Source: Squalus acanthias
Taxonomy: Eukaryota
NCBI GenBank assembly: GCA_030390025.1
Contig: CM059431.1
Span: 154,816,001 to 154,880,000 of the forward strand
Reading direction: 5' to 3'
DNA length: 64,000 bases
Positions 13,306 to 25,022 of this stretch are shown here, piece after piece. Position 1 is the first letter of the stretch; each line of letters opens with the position of its first letter. The notes under the pieces were generated by a model. The model saw only the letters and a program-made list of their open reading frames with translations. It was not told the DNA's origin and made no database searches. Made by a program: the position numbers and the translations under genes.

Positions 13306-14758
13306 TCACAAAATACATGAATTTTCCGACGCACGCGCAGAATCACCAGCCCACGCGATTATTCGCATATCCATGAAACTGACCAGACATGAAGTGCCGG
13401 TTTTCAGCGCATGCGCAGTGCATGCAGAAAACCGGCAATTGAAGAGGGAATACGCGAGTGTACGCAGTGCGTACTCTCGCGCACCAGGATGAATTTTTGG
13501 GCCAATATAAGTGAAAGGGTACTCAAGGTTAATGTGGGCCCTTTAAACATAGATGCGGGTAAATTTACAAATGACAATAGGGAAATGGCAGACTTCTTGA
13601 ATAATTACTTTGTATCAAGCTTCACAGTGGAGGAAGAAGATAATGTAAATCACTTTCCAGGAAAAAAACTAAAAAAACTGAATCAAGGACTGAAACTCTC
13701 TAAAGTTAGCGTAAGCAAAAAAACAGTACAGAAAAATATAATGGCACTAAAGACTAACAGATCCCCATGGAATGATTGTGTGCACCCCAAGGTTTAAAGG
13801 AATTAGGCGAAGAAATTGCAGATCATCTCTCGATTCAGTAATTGCCCATTTATATTGGAAAATTGCAAATGTTATTAACGAAAGTTGAGAGGGAGAAACC
13901 AGGAAATTATAGACCTGCTAACGGACTTTATTGGAATCTATAATGAAGGACAGAGTGATTGTATTTGATTTTTGAACAACATTTACACGATTCTGTTCAA
14001 GAGCTGCTGACGGTATCTCAAGCTTCGGCATTTATTCATTTTTATTTTACGGTCATTAATGAAGAAGCATTGAATGTGAACCACATTATATCTTCTGCTT
14101 ATGATATCTCAAAGTCATGTCAAAGAAACACGTTCCTCAAAATTGTGAACGGTCGCCTTTATTGAAAGTGTTTGTGGACATGATGTAGGAATTGAGGAGG
14201 CGTATACTTAGAGAAATTTGAGCTGATTAGGGCAAAAATGCATTTGGAAAGGGTAGGTTATGTCTAACCAACCTAATTGAATGTTTTGAGGAACTAACTA
14301 AAGTCGTAGATAGGGGATCCACTTTGGAACAAAAAGCAGATCTCAGCATTTTTGAACTGGGGAAAACATTGAACAGCGGAGATCAGAGGGATTAAGCGTC
14401 CATGTACAAAGATCACTGAAATGTAGCTGTCGGGATTAAAATTAATCAGAAATCTAATACAATAGAATAAAGGTCGAGGACATAAAGGAGGAAATGTTGA
14501 TACCGCAATCCAAAGCCCTGTTAAGTCCACATCTAGAGTACGGTGTACATTTCTCTGCACCGCACATTAGAAAGGATATATTGACCTTGGAAGGAGCGCA
14601 GCGTAGATTGACCAGAATGTTACCAGGGCGCCAAAGGTTTGATTATGTGGCGAGATTGAATGAAATAGTTTTGAAATTCTTGGAAAATAGAAGGACAAGC
14701 GTTGTTTTGATTGACGTTTTTAGGATTTTGTAAGGAATTGCTGCGATAGAGAGATATC

Positions 14759-15500
14759 GGCCCAGAAATTGAACCCGCGACGCGAGAGTACGCACTGCGT
14801 ACTCTCGCGTATTCCCACTCCAATTGCCGGTTTTCTGCATGCCCTGCGCATGCGCTGAAAACCGGCAATTGCTCTTTTGAAAAGGGGGCGGTTCCTCGGT
14901 GCATCGCGTGCGCGCTACAGGCTGCGCGCACGCTGTGCACTTCATGCTTTGGACGCGCAGGTAAGTACTGAAGATTTTAGAAATGTAAAAAGGAGGAGTA
15001 AGACCCACTTTTAAGAAGGTAAGTAGTGAATTAAGTATTTTTTTGAATTTTTTTTAACAGGTATATCTTTTTTAGAGACTTTAAAGACAGGTAAGTTTAT
15101 TTTTATAACTTTTTAAAAGATTTTACATTTTTTCAAAAATGTAATTTTTTATTTAAAATGTTTAATTTAATTAACTATACTTATTTTATTAATGTAATGT
15201 TTTTTTTTAAATTTAATTGAGGTTTAGCTGTTATTTTGGGGGGGTGTAAGATTCATAGATTCCACAGCACGTTTGTGAAACTTATGAATGGAAGATGGTG
15301 TGCTGCCATTGGCTCTAACTGAGTCACGTGATCCCACAGCTCGCACGAATTCACTACGCCGCTGGGATACGCAAGCACTGCCCAGCTGATGTCTGGAAGA
15401 TCAAGTTCGTGCGAGCTGGATCTGAAAATGCACAAGCGAGGTGAGAGATCGCGGGGAAGCCTTATCCCCGCGGGAACAGCGCGAGATCAATTTCTTGGCC
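14759..15500 (-). mobile_element. PIF/Harbinger-type MITE, 742 bp, inverted relative to 9483-10225
   Basis: TIRs GGCCCAGAAATTGA ... TCAATTTCTTGGCC with perfect 3-bp TSD ATC. Confidence 0.9.
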
Positions 15501-16244
15501 ATCGTTCAGCTCTTGGAGGAGCCTAAGGTAAGTGGACATAACGTTAACATCAGATCCAGCCCGTTCAGGAATTAAGTTAGGAAATAACCCTTCAACCAAA
15601 GGATGATCGAATTCTGTACTCTCCCTCCCACATAAAAAAACTATGGCTGCTAGCTCGAAAATAATTTTATATCTGTGATTGCTTGGTTTTTTGCCAGCCA
15701 TGAGTATTAATAGTTATGGAGCCATTGCGGATGGTTACAGTTAGGATAAACACCAGCCATGATGTCATTGAATGTCGGCGCAGGCTCGAAGGGCTGAAAG
15801 GCCTACTCCTCTCCCTATGTTCCTAAAGTGACGGTAAATAGACGGACAGAATTTCACATAGAAGGAGGCAATTCGACCCAAACTGTCTGTACCGGTTCTT
15901 TGAAAGAGCTAGCCAATTAGTCCAGTTAACCTCCTAATAGAAGGCAACGAGGGTGTACTTTCTCCCAACAAATTAGCGCTTGAGAAAGAAACTATGGGAA
16001 TGTCGGAAGCAATTTCGAGCGGCTTTCCGCTCTTGTTGCGGACCGGTTGAGGTTGTATACGCAAGCCCCCTTGTTGACCTTCTCAGCCCATTCCTCTCGC
16101 TGTTCAATAGTTTGTATTTAATTTTCTGGCCGTCCACTTGATCTTGGAGTTAAGGAGAACTAAGATCTTTCCGGCTGTGGGTATCGAATCAGCCGCCGAT
16201 GTAAACAGTCAGCGTAACATCCCTGATTTAAACATCTGTTCAAA

Positions 16245-17860
16245 TCCAGATACATTGCAAAACCTCATACATGTGTGTAAGGCTCCCGATTGAATGAAAC
16301 TCCATACAGAACCGGCAGGATCCTGATACACTGTGAATGCACATACACACTTCGCATGATCCCGATACAATGTTAAACACCATACACACTTAACATGATC
16401 CCGATACAATATTAAACACCATACACACCTGGCTGGATCCCGATACACTGTTAAACCCCTTATCCACCTGGGAAGATTCCGATACACTGTGAAACCTCAT
16501 GCACACCTGGTACGATCCCAATACAATGTTAAACCGCATACACAACTGGCAGGATTCCGATACAATGTTAACCCCCATACACAACTGGTAGGATCCCAGT
16601 AGAATTTTATACCCCATACACACATGGCAGGCTCCCTATAAACTGCGAAACCCCAACACACCTTGTATGATCACAATTCAATATTAAACCCCATATACAC
16701 CAAGGAGGATCCTGATACACTGTGAAACCCCATACACACCTGGCAGCATTCCGATAAAATATGAAACCCCAGACATTCCTGGCAGGATCCCGATACAATG
16801 TTAAACCCCATACACACCTTGCAGGATCCTGATACACTGTGAAACCCCATACACACCTGGCAGGATCATGATACACTGTGAAACCCCATACACACCTGGC
16901 AGGAACCTGATACACTGTGAAACCCCATACACACCTGGCAGGATCATGATACACTGTGGAACCCCATACACAACTGGCAGGATCATGATACACAGTGAAA
17001 TCCCATACACACCTGGCAGGATTCTGATACACTGTGAATCCCCATACATACCTGGCAGGATCCCGATACAATGCTAAACCCCAGACACACCTGGCAGGAT
17101 CCCGAGACAATATAAAACCCCATACATACCTTGCAGGATCCCGATACCCTGTGAAACACCAAAGATAACTGACAGGATCGCGATAAAATGTTAATCCCCA
17201 TACACACCTGGCAGTATTCCGATACAATGTTAAATCCCATACACACCTGGCAGGATCCTGATACACTGTGAAACCCCACAGATACCTGGCAGGATGCCGA
17301 TGCAACTTGAAACACCATAAAAAGTTGGCAGAATCCCGATACACTGTGAAACCCATACACACATGGCAGGAACCTGATAGAATGAAACCCCACTCACACT
17401 TGGATCGATCCTGACACACTGTTAAACCCCAGACACACCTGGCAATATCCTGATACACTGTGACGCCCCTGACACACGTGGCAGTATCCTGATACACTGT
17501 GACGACGGAGACACACCAGGCAGTATCCTGATACACTGTGACGCCCCAGACACACCTGGCAGGATCATAATACACTGTGAAGCCACACACATACTAGGAA
17601 GGATCCTGATACACCATGAAGCTCCATACAAACCTGGAAAGATCCCAATATATTTTGCAACCAAGTACACGCCTGGCAGCATCCCAATATACAGTGGAAC
17701 CGCAAAAATAAATGGTAGGATCACAATACACTTAGAAACAGCATATATATTTCGCAGAATACCAATAAGCTCTGAAAATGGAAGAATGTAGACACCCTGT
17801 GAATCAATGAACACAAATGGGAGGATCCTGATACGCTGTGAATCCCCATAAGCACCTGGC
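16245..17860 (+). repeat. 39-bp minisatellite, block 2 (largest and most homogeneous)
   Basis: Period 39 (GATACACTGTG at 16831 and 16870); 13-aa periodicity in the six-frame ORFs. Confidence 0.95.
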
Positions 17861-19150
17861 AACAATAACAACTTGCATTTATATAGCGCCTTTAACGATG
17901 TTAACCATCCCCAGCCGATTCCCAGGAGCGTTATCAAAAATAATTTAACATAGAAGCTCATACGGGATTTTAGGGCAGTAAGCATGGTCCAAGAGTTCGC
18001 TTTACCGAGAATCTTAAAGAAATAGGGAGATGTAAAGAGGTGAGAGAGGTTTTGGGAGGAAATTCCAGAGCTTACGGCCTAGACAGCTGAAGGCATGGCC
18101 ACCAATGTTGGAGCGATTGAAATCGGGGATTCTCAAGAGGCCAGAATAAGTGGAGCACAGTTATCTCGGTATTTTCTGGGACTGGAGGAGATTACAGAGA
18201 TAGGAAAGGGAGAGTCCATAGTCGGGTTTCAGCACAAGGATTGGAATTGTAAGATTAAGGCGTCGTTTAACAGGGAGCCAATGTAGGTCAGCAAGCAACG
18301 TGCTGATGAACGGGACTTGCTGCGAGTTATGAAACGGGCAGCAGAGTTTGCGATTAACTCAATTTTACAGAGGGTAGAACGTGGGAGGCCAGCCAGGAGT
18401 GTGTTAGATTAATAAACTCTAGAGATAACAAAGGCATGGATGAGCGTTTCAGCAGCAGATGTGCTGAGGCAAGGGAAGGGCGGCGACGGACCATGTTCCA
18501 TAGGTGGAAACAACCGTTCTTAGTTGAGGCACAGATAGGTGGTCGGAAGCTCATCTCGGGGTCAAATATGACCCCATGTTCGCGAACCGTCTGGATCAGC
18601 TTCAGACGGTTCTCAGGGAGAGGAATTGATTTGGAGGCTAGGGAACGGAGTGTGTGGCGATTATTTAGTTGCAGGCAATTTCTGCTCATGCAATATTGGA
18701 TGTCGGGCAAACATTTTGACAAGTAAATTACGGTTGAGGGGTCGAGAGATGGGGTTATGAGTTATAACTGGATGTCGTCACTGTACATGTGGAAATTGCT
18801 GGTGTGTTTTCGGATGCAGTCACTGAAGGGCAGCATGCAGATGAGAAATAGATGGGTGGCAAAGATAGATCCCTGATAGGCATCATAGCTAATTGCTGGG
18901 AGCGGGAAGATAAGCCATTGCAGCAGATTCTCCTTCTAGGTAAGACTGGAACCAGGCGAGTGCAGTCCCACCCAGCTGGACGGCGGCGGAGAGGCGTTGT
19001 GGACAATGCGTGGTCAACCGACACAAAGGCTGAAAAAGGGTCGAGAAGAGCAAGGAAGGATAGGTTACCTTTGTCAAAATCACGTAGAAAGTCATTTGTG
19101 ACTTTGATCAGGGCCGTTTCGGTACTGTGGCAGCGGTGGAAATCTAATTA
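17861..19150 (-). mobile_element. L2-clade LINE, 5'-truncated and degenerate
   Basis: Minus-strand remnants of STETALIKVTND and LLALLDPFSAFVSVDH (L2-type LDLSAAFDTVDH); 3' end aggcgctatataaatgcaagttgttattgtt. Confidence 0.75.
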
Positions 19151-19281
19151 GATTCTGAAACACTTTTAATATCCATATACATCTTTTAGGAAGCAGATAC
19201 ACTATGAGATCCCATACACTCCTGGTAGAAACTTGATACACTGTGAATCGCAAAAACGCCTGACAATATCGTGATGCACTC
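19150..19281 (+). repeat. 39-bp minisatellite, block 3
   Basis: cccatacactcctggtag...gatacactgtgaa units. Confidence 0.7.
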
Positions 19282-20709
19282 AGAACATAAGAACACAAAA
19301 AATAGGAGCAGTAGTAGGCCATTCGGCCCATCGAGCCTGCTCCGCAATTCAATGAGATCATGGCTGATATTCTGCCTCAACTCCATTCACCGGCCCTATC
19401 ACCATATCCCTTGATGCCCTTACCATTTTGAAATCTATCGATTCTGTTCTAAATATACACAATGACCGAGCCTCCACAACATAAGAACATAAGAAATAGG
19501 AGCAGGAGTAGGCCAATCGGCCCCTCGAGCCTGCTCCGCCATTCAATAAGATCATGGCTGATCTGATCCTAACCGCCAATCTACTATCTATCACAGAACC
19601 ATCTCCTGCATCTAACAGAATTGCACACACGAAATAGGAGCAGAATCAGGCTACAAGGTCCCTGGGCCCGCTCCACTACCCACAGGGCCATGACCGATCC
19701 GAACCTAGACTCATGTCCAAATTCCTGCCCGCTCCCCGTAACCCTTAATTCCCTTTACTTCTAGGAAACTGTCTATTTCTGTTTTAAATTTATTTAATGA
19801 TGTAGATTCTACAGCTTTTTGTGGCAGCATATTCCATGGACCTACCAACCTCTGAGTGAAGTAGTTCCTCCTCATCTCAGTTTTGAAAGAGCAGCCCCTT
19901 ATTCTAAGACTATGTCCCCTAGTGCTAGTCTCACCCGTCATCGGTAACATCCTCCCCGCATCCACCCGATCCAACCCCTTCACAATCTTATATGGTTCAA
20001 TAAGATCGCCTCTCATTCTTCTGAACTCCAATGAGTAGAGTCCCAATCAACCCAACCTCTCCTTATATGACCACCCCCTCATCCCCGGGATTAACCGAGT
20101 GAACCTTTTTTGCACTGCCTCGAGAGCAAGGATGTCTTTCCTTAAGTAAGGACACCAAAACTGTATGCAGTATTCCAGGTGCGGTCTCACCAATACCTTG
20201 TACAACTGAAGCAATACCTCCCTATTTTTATATTCTATCCCCCTAGCAATGAAAGCCAACATTCCATTTGCCTTCTTAATCACTTGCTGCACCTGCATAC
20301 TAACCTTTTGAGTTTCGTGCACCAGGACCCCCAGATCCCTTTGCACATCAATACTCTCCAGTTTCTCGCCATTAAGATAATAAATTGCTCTAGGATTTTT
20401 CCTGCCAAAGTGCATCACCTCACACTTTCCAGTGTTGTATTCCATCTGCCAAATCTCTGCCCACTTACTTAGCCTGTCTATGTCCCCTCACTCACTACTT
20501 CCCCTCCCATCTTTGTATCATCTGCAAATTTTGATATGTTACACTTGGTCCCTTCCTCCAAATCGTTAATATAGATTGTAAAGTGTTGGGGACCCCGCAC
20601 TGACCCCTGTGGAACACCACTAGTCACTGATTGCCAGGCTGAGAATGAACCATTTATCCCAACTCTTTGCTTTCTGTTAGATAGCCAATCCTCTATCCAT
20701 GCCAGAATA

Positions 20710-20970
20710 GAATCTAGGAGCAGGAGTAGGCCATTCGGCCCGTCGAGCCTGCTCCACCATTCAATACGATCATGGCTGATCATCCAAATCCAGTACCCTG
20801 TCCCTGCTTTAATCCCCACAGTACACATATCCCACCCTACCCCCGTAACCCCACGTATTTAATTCCCCCTAACATATCCCATCCTATCCCCATAACCCCA
20901 CATATTTAATACCCACCTAACACTAAGGCTCAATTTATCATAGCCAAATCAACCTAACCCGCACATTTTT
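20710..20970 (-). mobile_element. 5'-truncated V-SINE/HE1-like SINE with CR1-type 3' tail, inserted in ORF2
   Basis: Minus strand has a gtgcgggttaggttgatttggctatgataaattg...ccttagtgt core and a CR1-like tail ggagcaggctcgacgggccgaatggcctactcctgctcctagattcta. Flanked by a GAATA duplication. Confidence 0.65.
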
Positions 20971-22939
20971 GAATATTACCCCCAATCCCGTGATTTTTTT
21001 ACCTTAAGCAATAATCTTTTGTGTGGCACCTTGTCAAATGCCTTTTGGAAGTCTAAATACACTACGTCCACTGGTTCCCCTTTATCCACTCTATATGTTA
21101 CTTCCTCAAAGAACTCCAGCAAATTTGTCAAACATGACTTCCCCTTCGTAAAACCATGCTGACTTTGTCCTATTAAATTATGATTATCCAAATGTCCTGT
21201 TACTGTTTCCTTAATAATGGACTCCAAAATTTTACCTACCACAGATGTTAGGCTAACCGGTCTATAGTTACCAGCCTTCTGTCTACTGCCCTTTTTAAAT
21301 AAGGGTGTTACATTAGCAGTTTTCCAGTCTGCCGGGACCTTAGCGGAATCCAGGGAGTTTTGAAAAATTATTACCAATGCATCTACAATCCCTACCGCCA
21401 TTTCCTTCAAGACTCTAGGATGTAAGCCATCAGGTCCAGGTGATTTATCCGCCTTGAGTCCCATTATTTTACCGAGTACCACTTCCTTAGTGATTTTGAT
21501 CGTGTTTAGCTCCTCTCCCCCTATAGCACCCTGTTTGTCCAGTGTTGGGATATTCTTAGTGTCCTCTACTGTAAAGACTGATCCAAAATATTCATTCAGT
21601 GTTTTTGCCATCTCCATATTTCCCACCATTAATTTCCCGGTCTCATCCTCTAAGGGACCAACATTTACTTTAGCCACCCTTTTTCTTTTTATATAACCAT
21701 AAAAACTCTTACTATCTGTTTTTTTTATTTTTTTCTAATTTACTTTCATAATCTATCTTCCCTTTCTTAATCAATCTTTTTGTTATTTTTTGCTGCCTTT
21801 TAAAGTTTTCCCAATCCTCTGTCCTCCCACTAGATTTCGCTACCTTATATGCCCTTGTTTTTAGTCGAATACTATCCTTAATTTCTTTACTTAGCCACGG
21901 ATGACTGTCCTTTCTTTTACACCCTTTTCTTTTCAGTGGAATATATTTTTTTTGGAAGTTGTAAATAACTCCTTGAATGTACACAACTGATCATGTGTCT
22001 TCTTACCCTTTAATCTATTTTCCCAATCCACTCTACTCAATTCCGCTCGCATACCTTCATAGTCTCCTTTATTCAAGCTTAGCACGCTTGTTTGAGATCC
22101 AACCTTCTCAACCCTCTAATTGAATATGGAATTCAACCATGTTATGGTCACTCATTCCAAGGGGATCCTTTACTAGGACATTTTTAATTAATCCTGTCTC
22201 GTTACACAGGACCCGATCTAAGGTTGCTTGCCCCCTGGTCGGTTCAGTTACATACTGTTCAAGAAACCCATCCCTAATACACTCAATGAACTCCTCCTCA
22301 AGGCAGCCCTGCCCCATTTGATTTGTCCAATTAATATGATAGTTAAAATCCCCCATAATTATAGATGTTCCCTTATTACATGCCTCAACTATTTCCTGAT
22401 TGATATTCCGTCCAACAGAGTTGCAACTGTTCGGAGGCCTATAGACTATGCCCACTAGTGTATTTTTCCCCTTATTATTCCTTATCTCCACCCAAAGTGT
22501 TTCATTATCATGATTTTTTGACCCAATATCATTACTCTGTATTACAGTGATTCCTTCCTTTATTAACATAGCCACCCCTTCCTTCCTGCCTGTCCTTCCT
22601 GATCGTTAAATAACCTGGTATGTTTAATTCCCAGGCATTGTCACCCTGCAGCCATGTTTCTGTAATGGCCACAATATCATAACCATATGTAGTTATTTGT
22701 GCCATTAACTCGTCTATTTTGTTACGAATGCTACGTGCATTCAGATAGAGAACTTTCAAATATGCTTTGTGGCACTTAGTTCCAGCTTTTTTACTTTTTA
22801 CCACTTTACCTTTTACTCCACACACTCTGTCCCTTCCTGCCACGCTCTGATTTGTGATTCCCCTACTGCTACCTATGTCTATGGCCCTCTCTGTTGTCAT
22901 TTTTATTTTTTGCTCTCTTGAAACCTCCCCCCCCACTAA

Positions 22940-23896
22940 TTAGTGTAAAGCCCTCTCCACAGCCCTAGTTCTTCGATTCGCCAGGACACTAGTCCCAGCA
23001 CTGGCCAAGTGAAGTCCATCCCAACGGAACAGCTCTCTCCTGCCCCAGTACTGGTGCCAGTGTCCCAAGAAGCAAAACCCATTTTTCCCACACCAGTCTT
23101 TGAGCCACGCATTCAACTCCCTGATTTTATTTACCCTAGCCAAATTTGCTCGTGGCTCAGGTAGCAATCCAGAGATTATTACCCTCGAGATTCTGCCTTT
23201 TAATTTGGCCCCTAGCTGCTCAAACTCCCTCAGCACAACCTCTTTCCTTGTCCTATCTATGTCATTGGTGCCAACATGGACCACGACAACTGGATCCTCC
23301 CCCTCCCACTCCAAGTTTCTCTCCAGCCCAGAGGAGATATCCTTAACCCTGGCACCGGGCAGGCAACACAGCCTTCGGGACTCTCGCTCTTGGCTGCAAA
23401 GAACCCTATCTATCCCCCTAATGATACTATCCCCTACCACTACAACATTTCTTTTTACTCCCCCCACTTGAATGGCCACCCTTACCACGGTGCTGTGGCC
23501 AGGTTGCTCATCCTCCCTGCAGTCCCCGCTCCTATCCACACAGGGAGTAAGAGCCTCGAACCTGTTGGACAAGAGCAAGGGCTGCGGCTCCTCCAACACT
23601 ACCTCCTGGATCCCTGTACCTGCCTCACTCGTAGTCACACCTTCCTGTCCCTGACCACGGGCTACTTCTGAATTATTTACTCTAATTGGTGTGACTACCT
23701 CCTGAAACATGGAGTCCAGGTAACTCTCCCCCTCCCTGATGTGTCGCAGTGTTTGAAGCTCGGACTCCAGCTCATCAACACGGAGCCGGAGTTCCTCGAG
23801 CAGCCAACACTTACTGCAAATGTGTTCACCGTGAACATCAATGGTGTCCACCAGCTCCCACATATTGCATCAGTAACACATCACCTGCTCTCCCAT
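22940..23896 (-). pseudogene. CR1 ORF1: zinc finger/coiled coil plus SGNH esterase domain
   Basis: M-G-E-Q-V-M-C-Y-*-C..., HICSKC, LEELRLRVDELESEL, VVVGDSII, HVGTND, DGLHL. A single premature TGA at codon 9, then 307 aa open. Confidence 0.9.
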
Positions 23897-24111
23897 TCTA
23901 TGTAATTAATTAAAAATTTATTATTTACCCTTCAGTTAATTTATGCCAGCAGTCTCCGCTACACCACAGATACCCGAGAAACTATAAACTATGGAATTGA
24001 AGTTTTATATAAAAAAAAGAGAAATACTCACCAACCAATCACTTACCTGCTTTCTGGTGACGTCACACTTCGATTATTTTTTACCTCTCTCCTGCTCTCG
24101 GCTTGGTGAAA

Positions 24112-25022
24112 GCCTACCTGGTCGCTGCCGCCTTTTACCGCCACCGCCTCGCCGCTGTTGCTCCACCCAGGTCCGCCGCCTCTGTGGGCCTACCTGGTCG
24201 CTGCCGCCTTTTACCGCCGCCACCTCGCCGCTGTTGCTCCACCCAGGTCCGCCGCCTCTGTGGGCCTACCTGGTCGCTGCCGCCTTTTACCGCCGCCGCC
24301 TCGCCGCTGTTGCTCCACCCAGGTCCGTCGCCTCTCTGGGCCTACCTGGTCGCTGCCGCATTTTACCGCCGCCGCCTCGCCGCTGTTGCTCCACCCAGGT
24401 CCGCCGCCTTTGTGGGCCTACCTGGTCGCTGCCGCCTTTTACCGCCGCCGCCTCGCCGCTGTTGCTCCACCCAGGTCCGCCGCCTCTCTGGGCCTACCTG
24501 GTCGCTGCCGCCTTTTACCGCCGCCGCCTCGCCGCTGTTGCTCCACCCAGGTCCGCCGCCTCTGTGGGCCTACCTGGTCGCTGCCGCCTTTTACCGCCGC
24601 CGCCTCGCCGCTGTTGCTCCACCCAGGTCCGCCGCCACTGTGGGCCTACCTGGTCGCTGCCGCCTTTTACAGCCGCCGCCTCGCCGCTGTTGCTCCACCC
24701 AGGTCCGCCGCCTCTGTGGGCCTACCTGGTCGCTGCCGCCTTTTACCGCCGCCGCCTCGCCGCTGTTGCTCCACCCAGATCCGCCGCCTCTGTGGGCCTA
24801 CCTGGTCGCTGCCGCCTTTTACAGCCGCCGCCTCGCCGCTGTTGCTCCACCCAGGTCCGCCGCCTCTGTGGGCCTACCTGGTCGCTGCCGCCTTTTACCG
24901 CCGCCGCCTCGCCGCTGTTGCTCCACCCAGGTCCGCCGCCTCTGTGGGCCTACCTGGTCGCTGCCGCCTTTTACCGCCGCCGCCTCGCCGCTGTTGCTCC
25001 ACCCAGGTCCGCCGCCTCTGTG
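24112..25022 (-). repeat. 12 x 76-bp GC/CpG-rich tandem monomers forming the CR1 5' UTR
   Basis: Unit starts at 24112, 24188 ... 24948 (period 76); near-identical copies directly upstream of ORF1. Confidence 0.95.

Larger units (their letters stand above)
10433..13503. mobile_element. Internally deleted PIF/Harbinger DNA transposon (Myb-like gene on +, transposase on -)
   Basis: TIRs GGGCCAGAAATTGATC ... GATGAATTTTTGGGCC with perfect 3-bp TSD AAT. Convergent Myb/SANT-like and DDE transposase ORFs. The right ~110 bp is nearly identical to the MITE right ends. Confidence 0.9.
7820..15825 (+). mobile_element. Old degenerate CR1 LINE (ORF1 esterase and ORF2 remnants) interrupted by two MITEs and a Harbinger element
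   Basis: ORF1 remnants (VVVKRDSIISGID, about 8250), endonuclease remnants (AITETWL about 9045; LSNSDHNMIEF about 10300), RT remnants 13510-14750, and a 3' tail ending cctactcctctccctatgttccta at about 15825. Confidence 0.75.
19479..25022 (-). mobile_element. Near full-length CR1 LINE: 5' monomer array, ORF1, frameshifted ORF2, doubled 3' tail
   Basis: ORF1 at 22940-23896. ORF2 fragments 22936 to 19711 carry EN (LNARSI, AITETWL, MGDFN, SDHNMV) and RT ([31 protein letters not shown]). (cttatgtt)n tail at 19479. Confidence 0.92.

Noticed and set aside
13960..14195. ~235-bp insert interrupting CR1 ORF2
   Set aside because: No TIR, TSD or coding signal that I could identify; left unclassified.
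10039..14940. Recurrent short ORFs (MKCTACAQPVAR..., MHSVRAACSAH...)
   Set aside because: Recurrence reflects the GC-rich MITE arms, not protein conservation.
16607..17590. 327-aa minus-strand ORF with a 13-aa repeat (VYQDPARCVWGFT)
   Set aside because: By-product of a 39-bp (3n) satellite unit; the other blocks are frameshifted and there is no splice or start context.
16245..25022. CRISPR-like appearance of the tandem arrays
   Set aside because: Units are contiguous with no unique spacers, there are no cas genes, and the context is eukaryotic.
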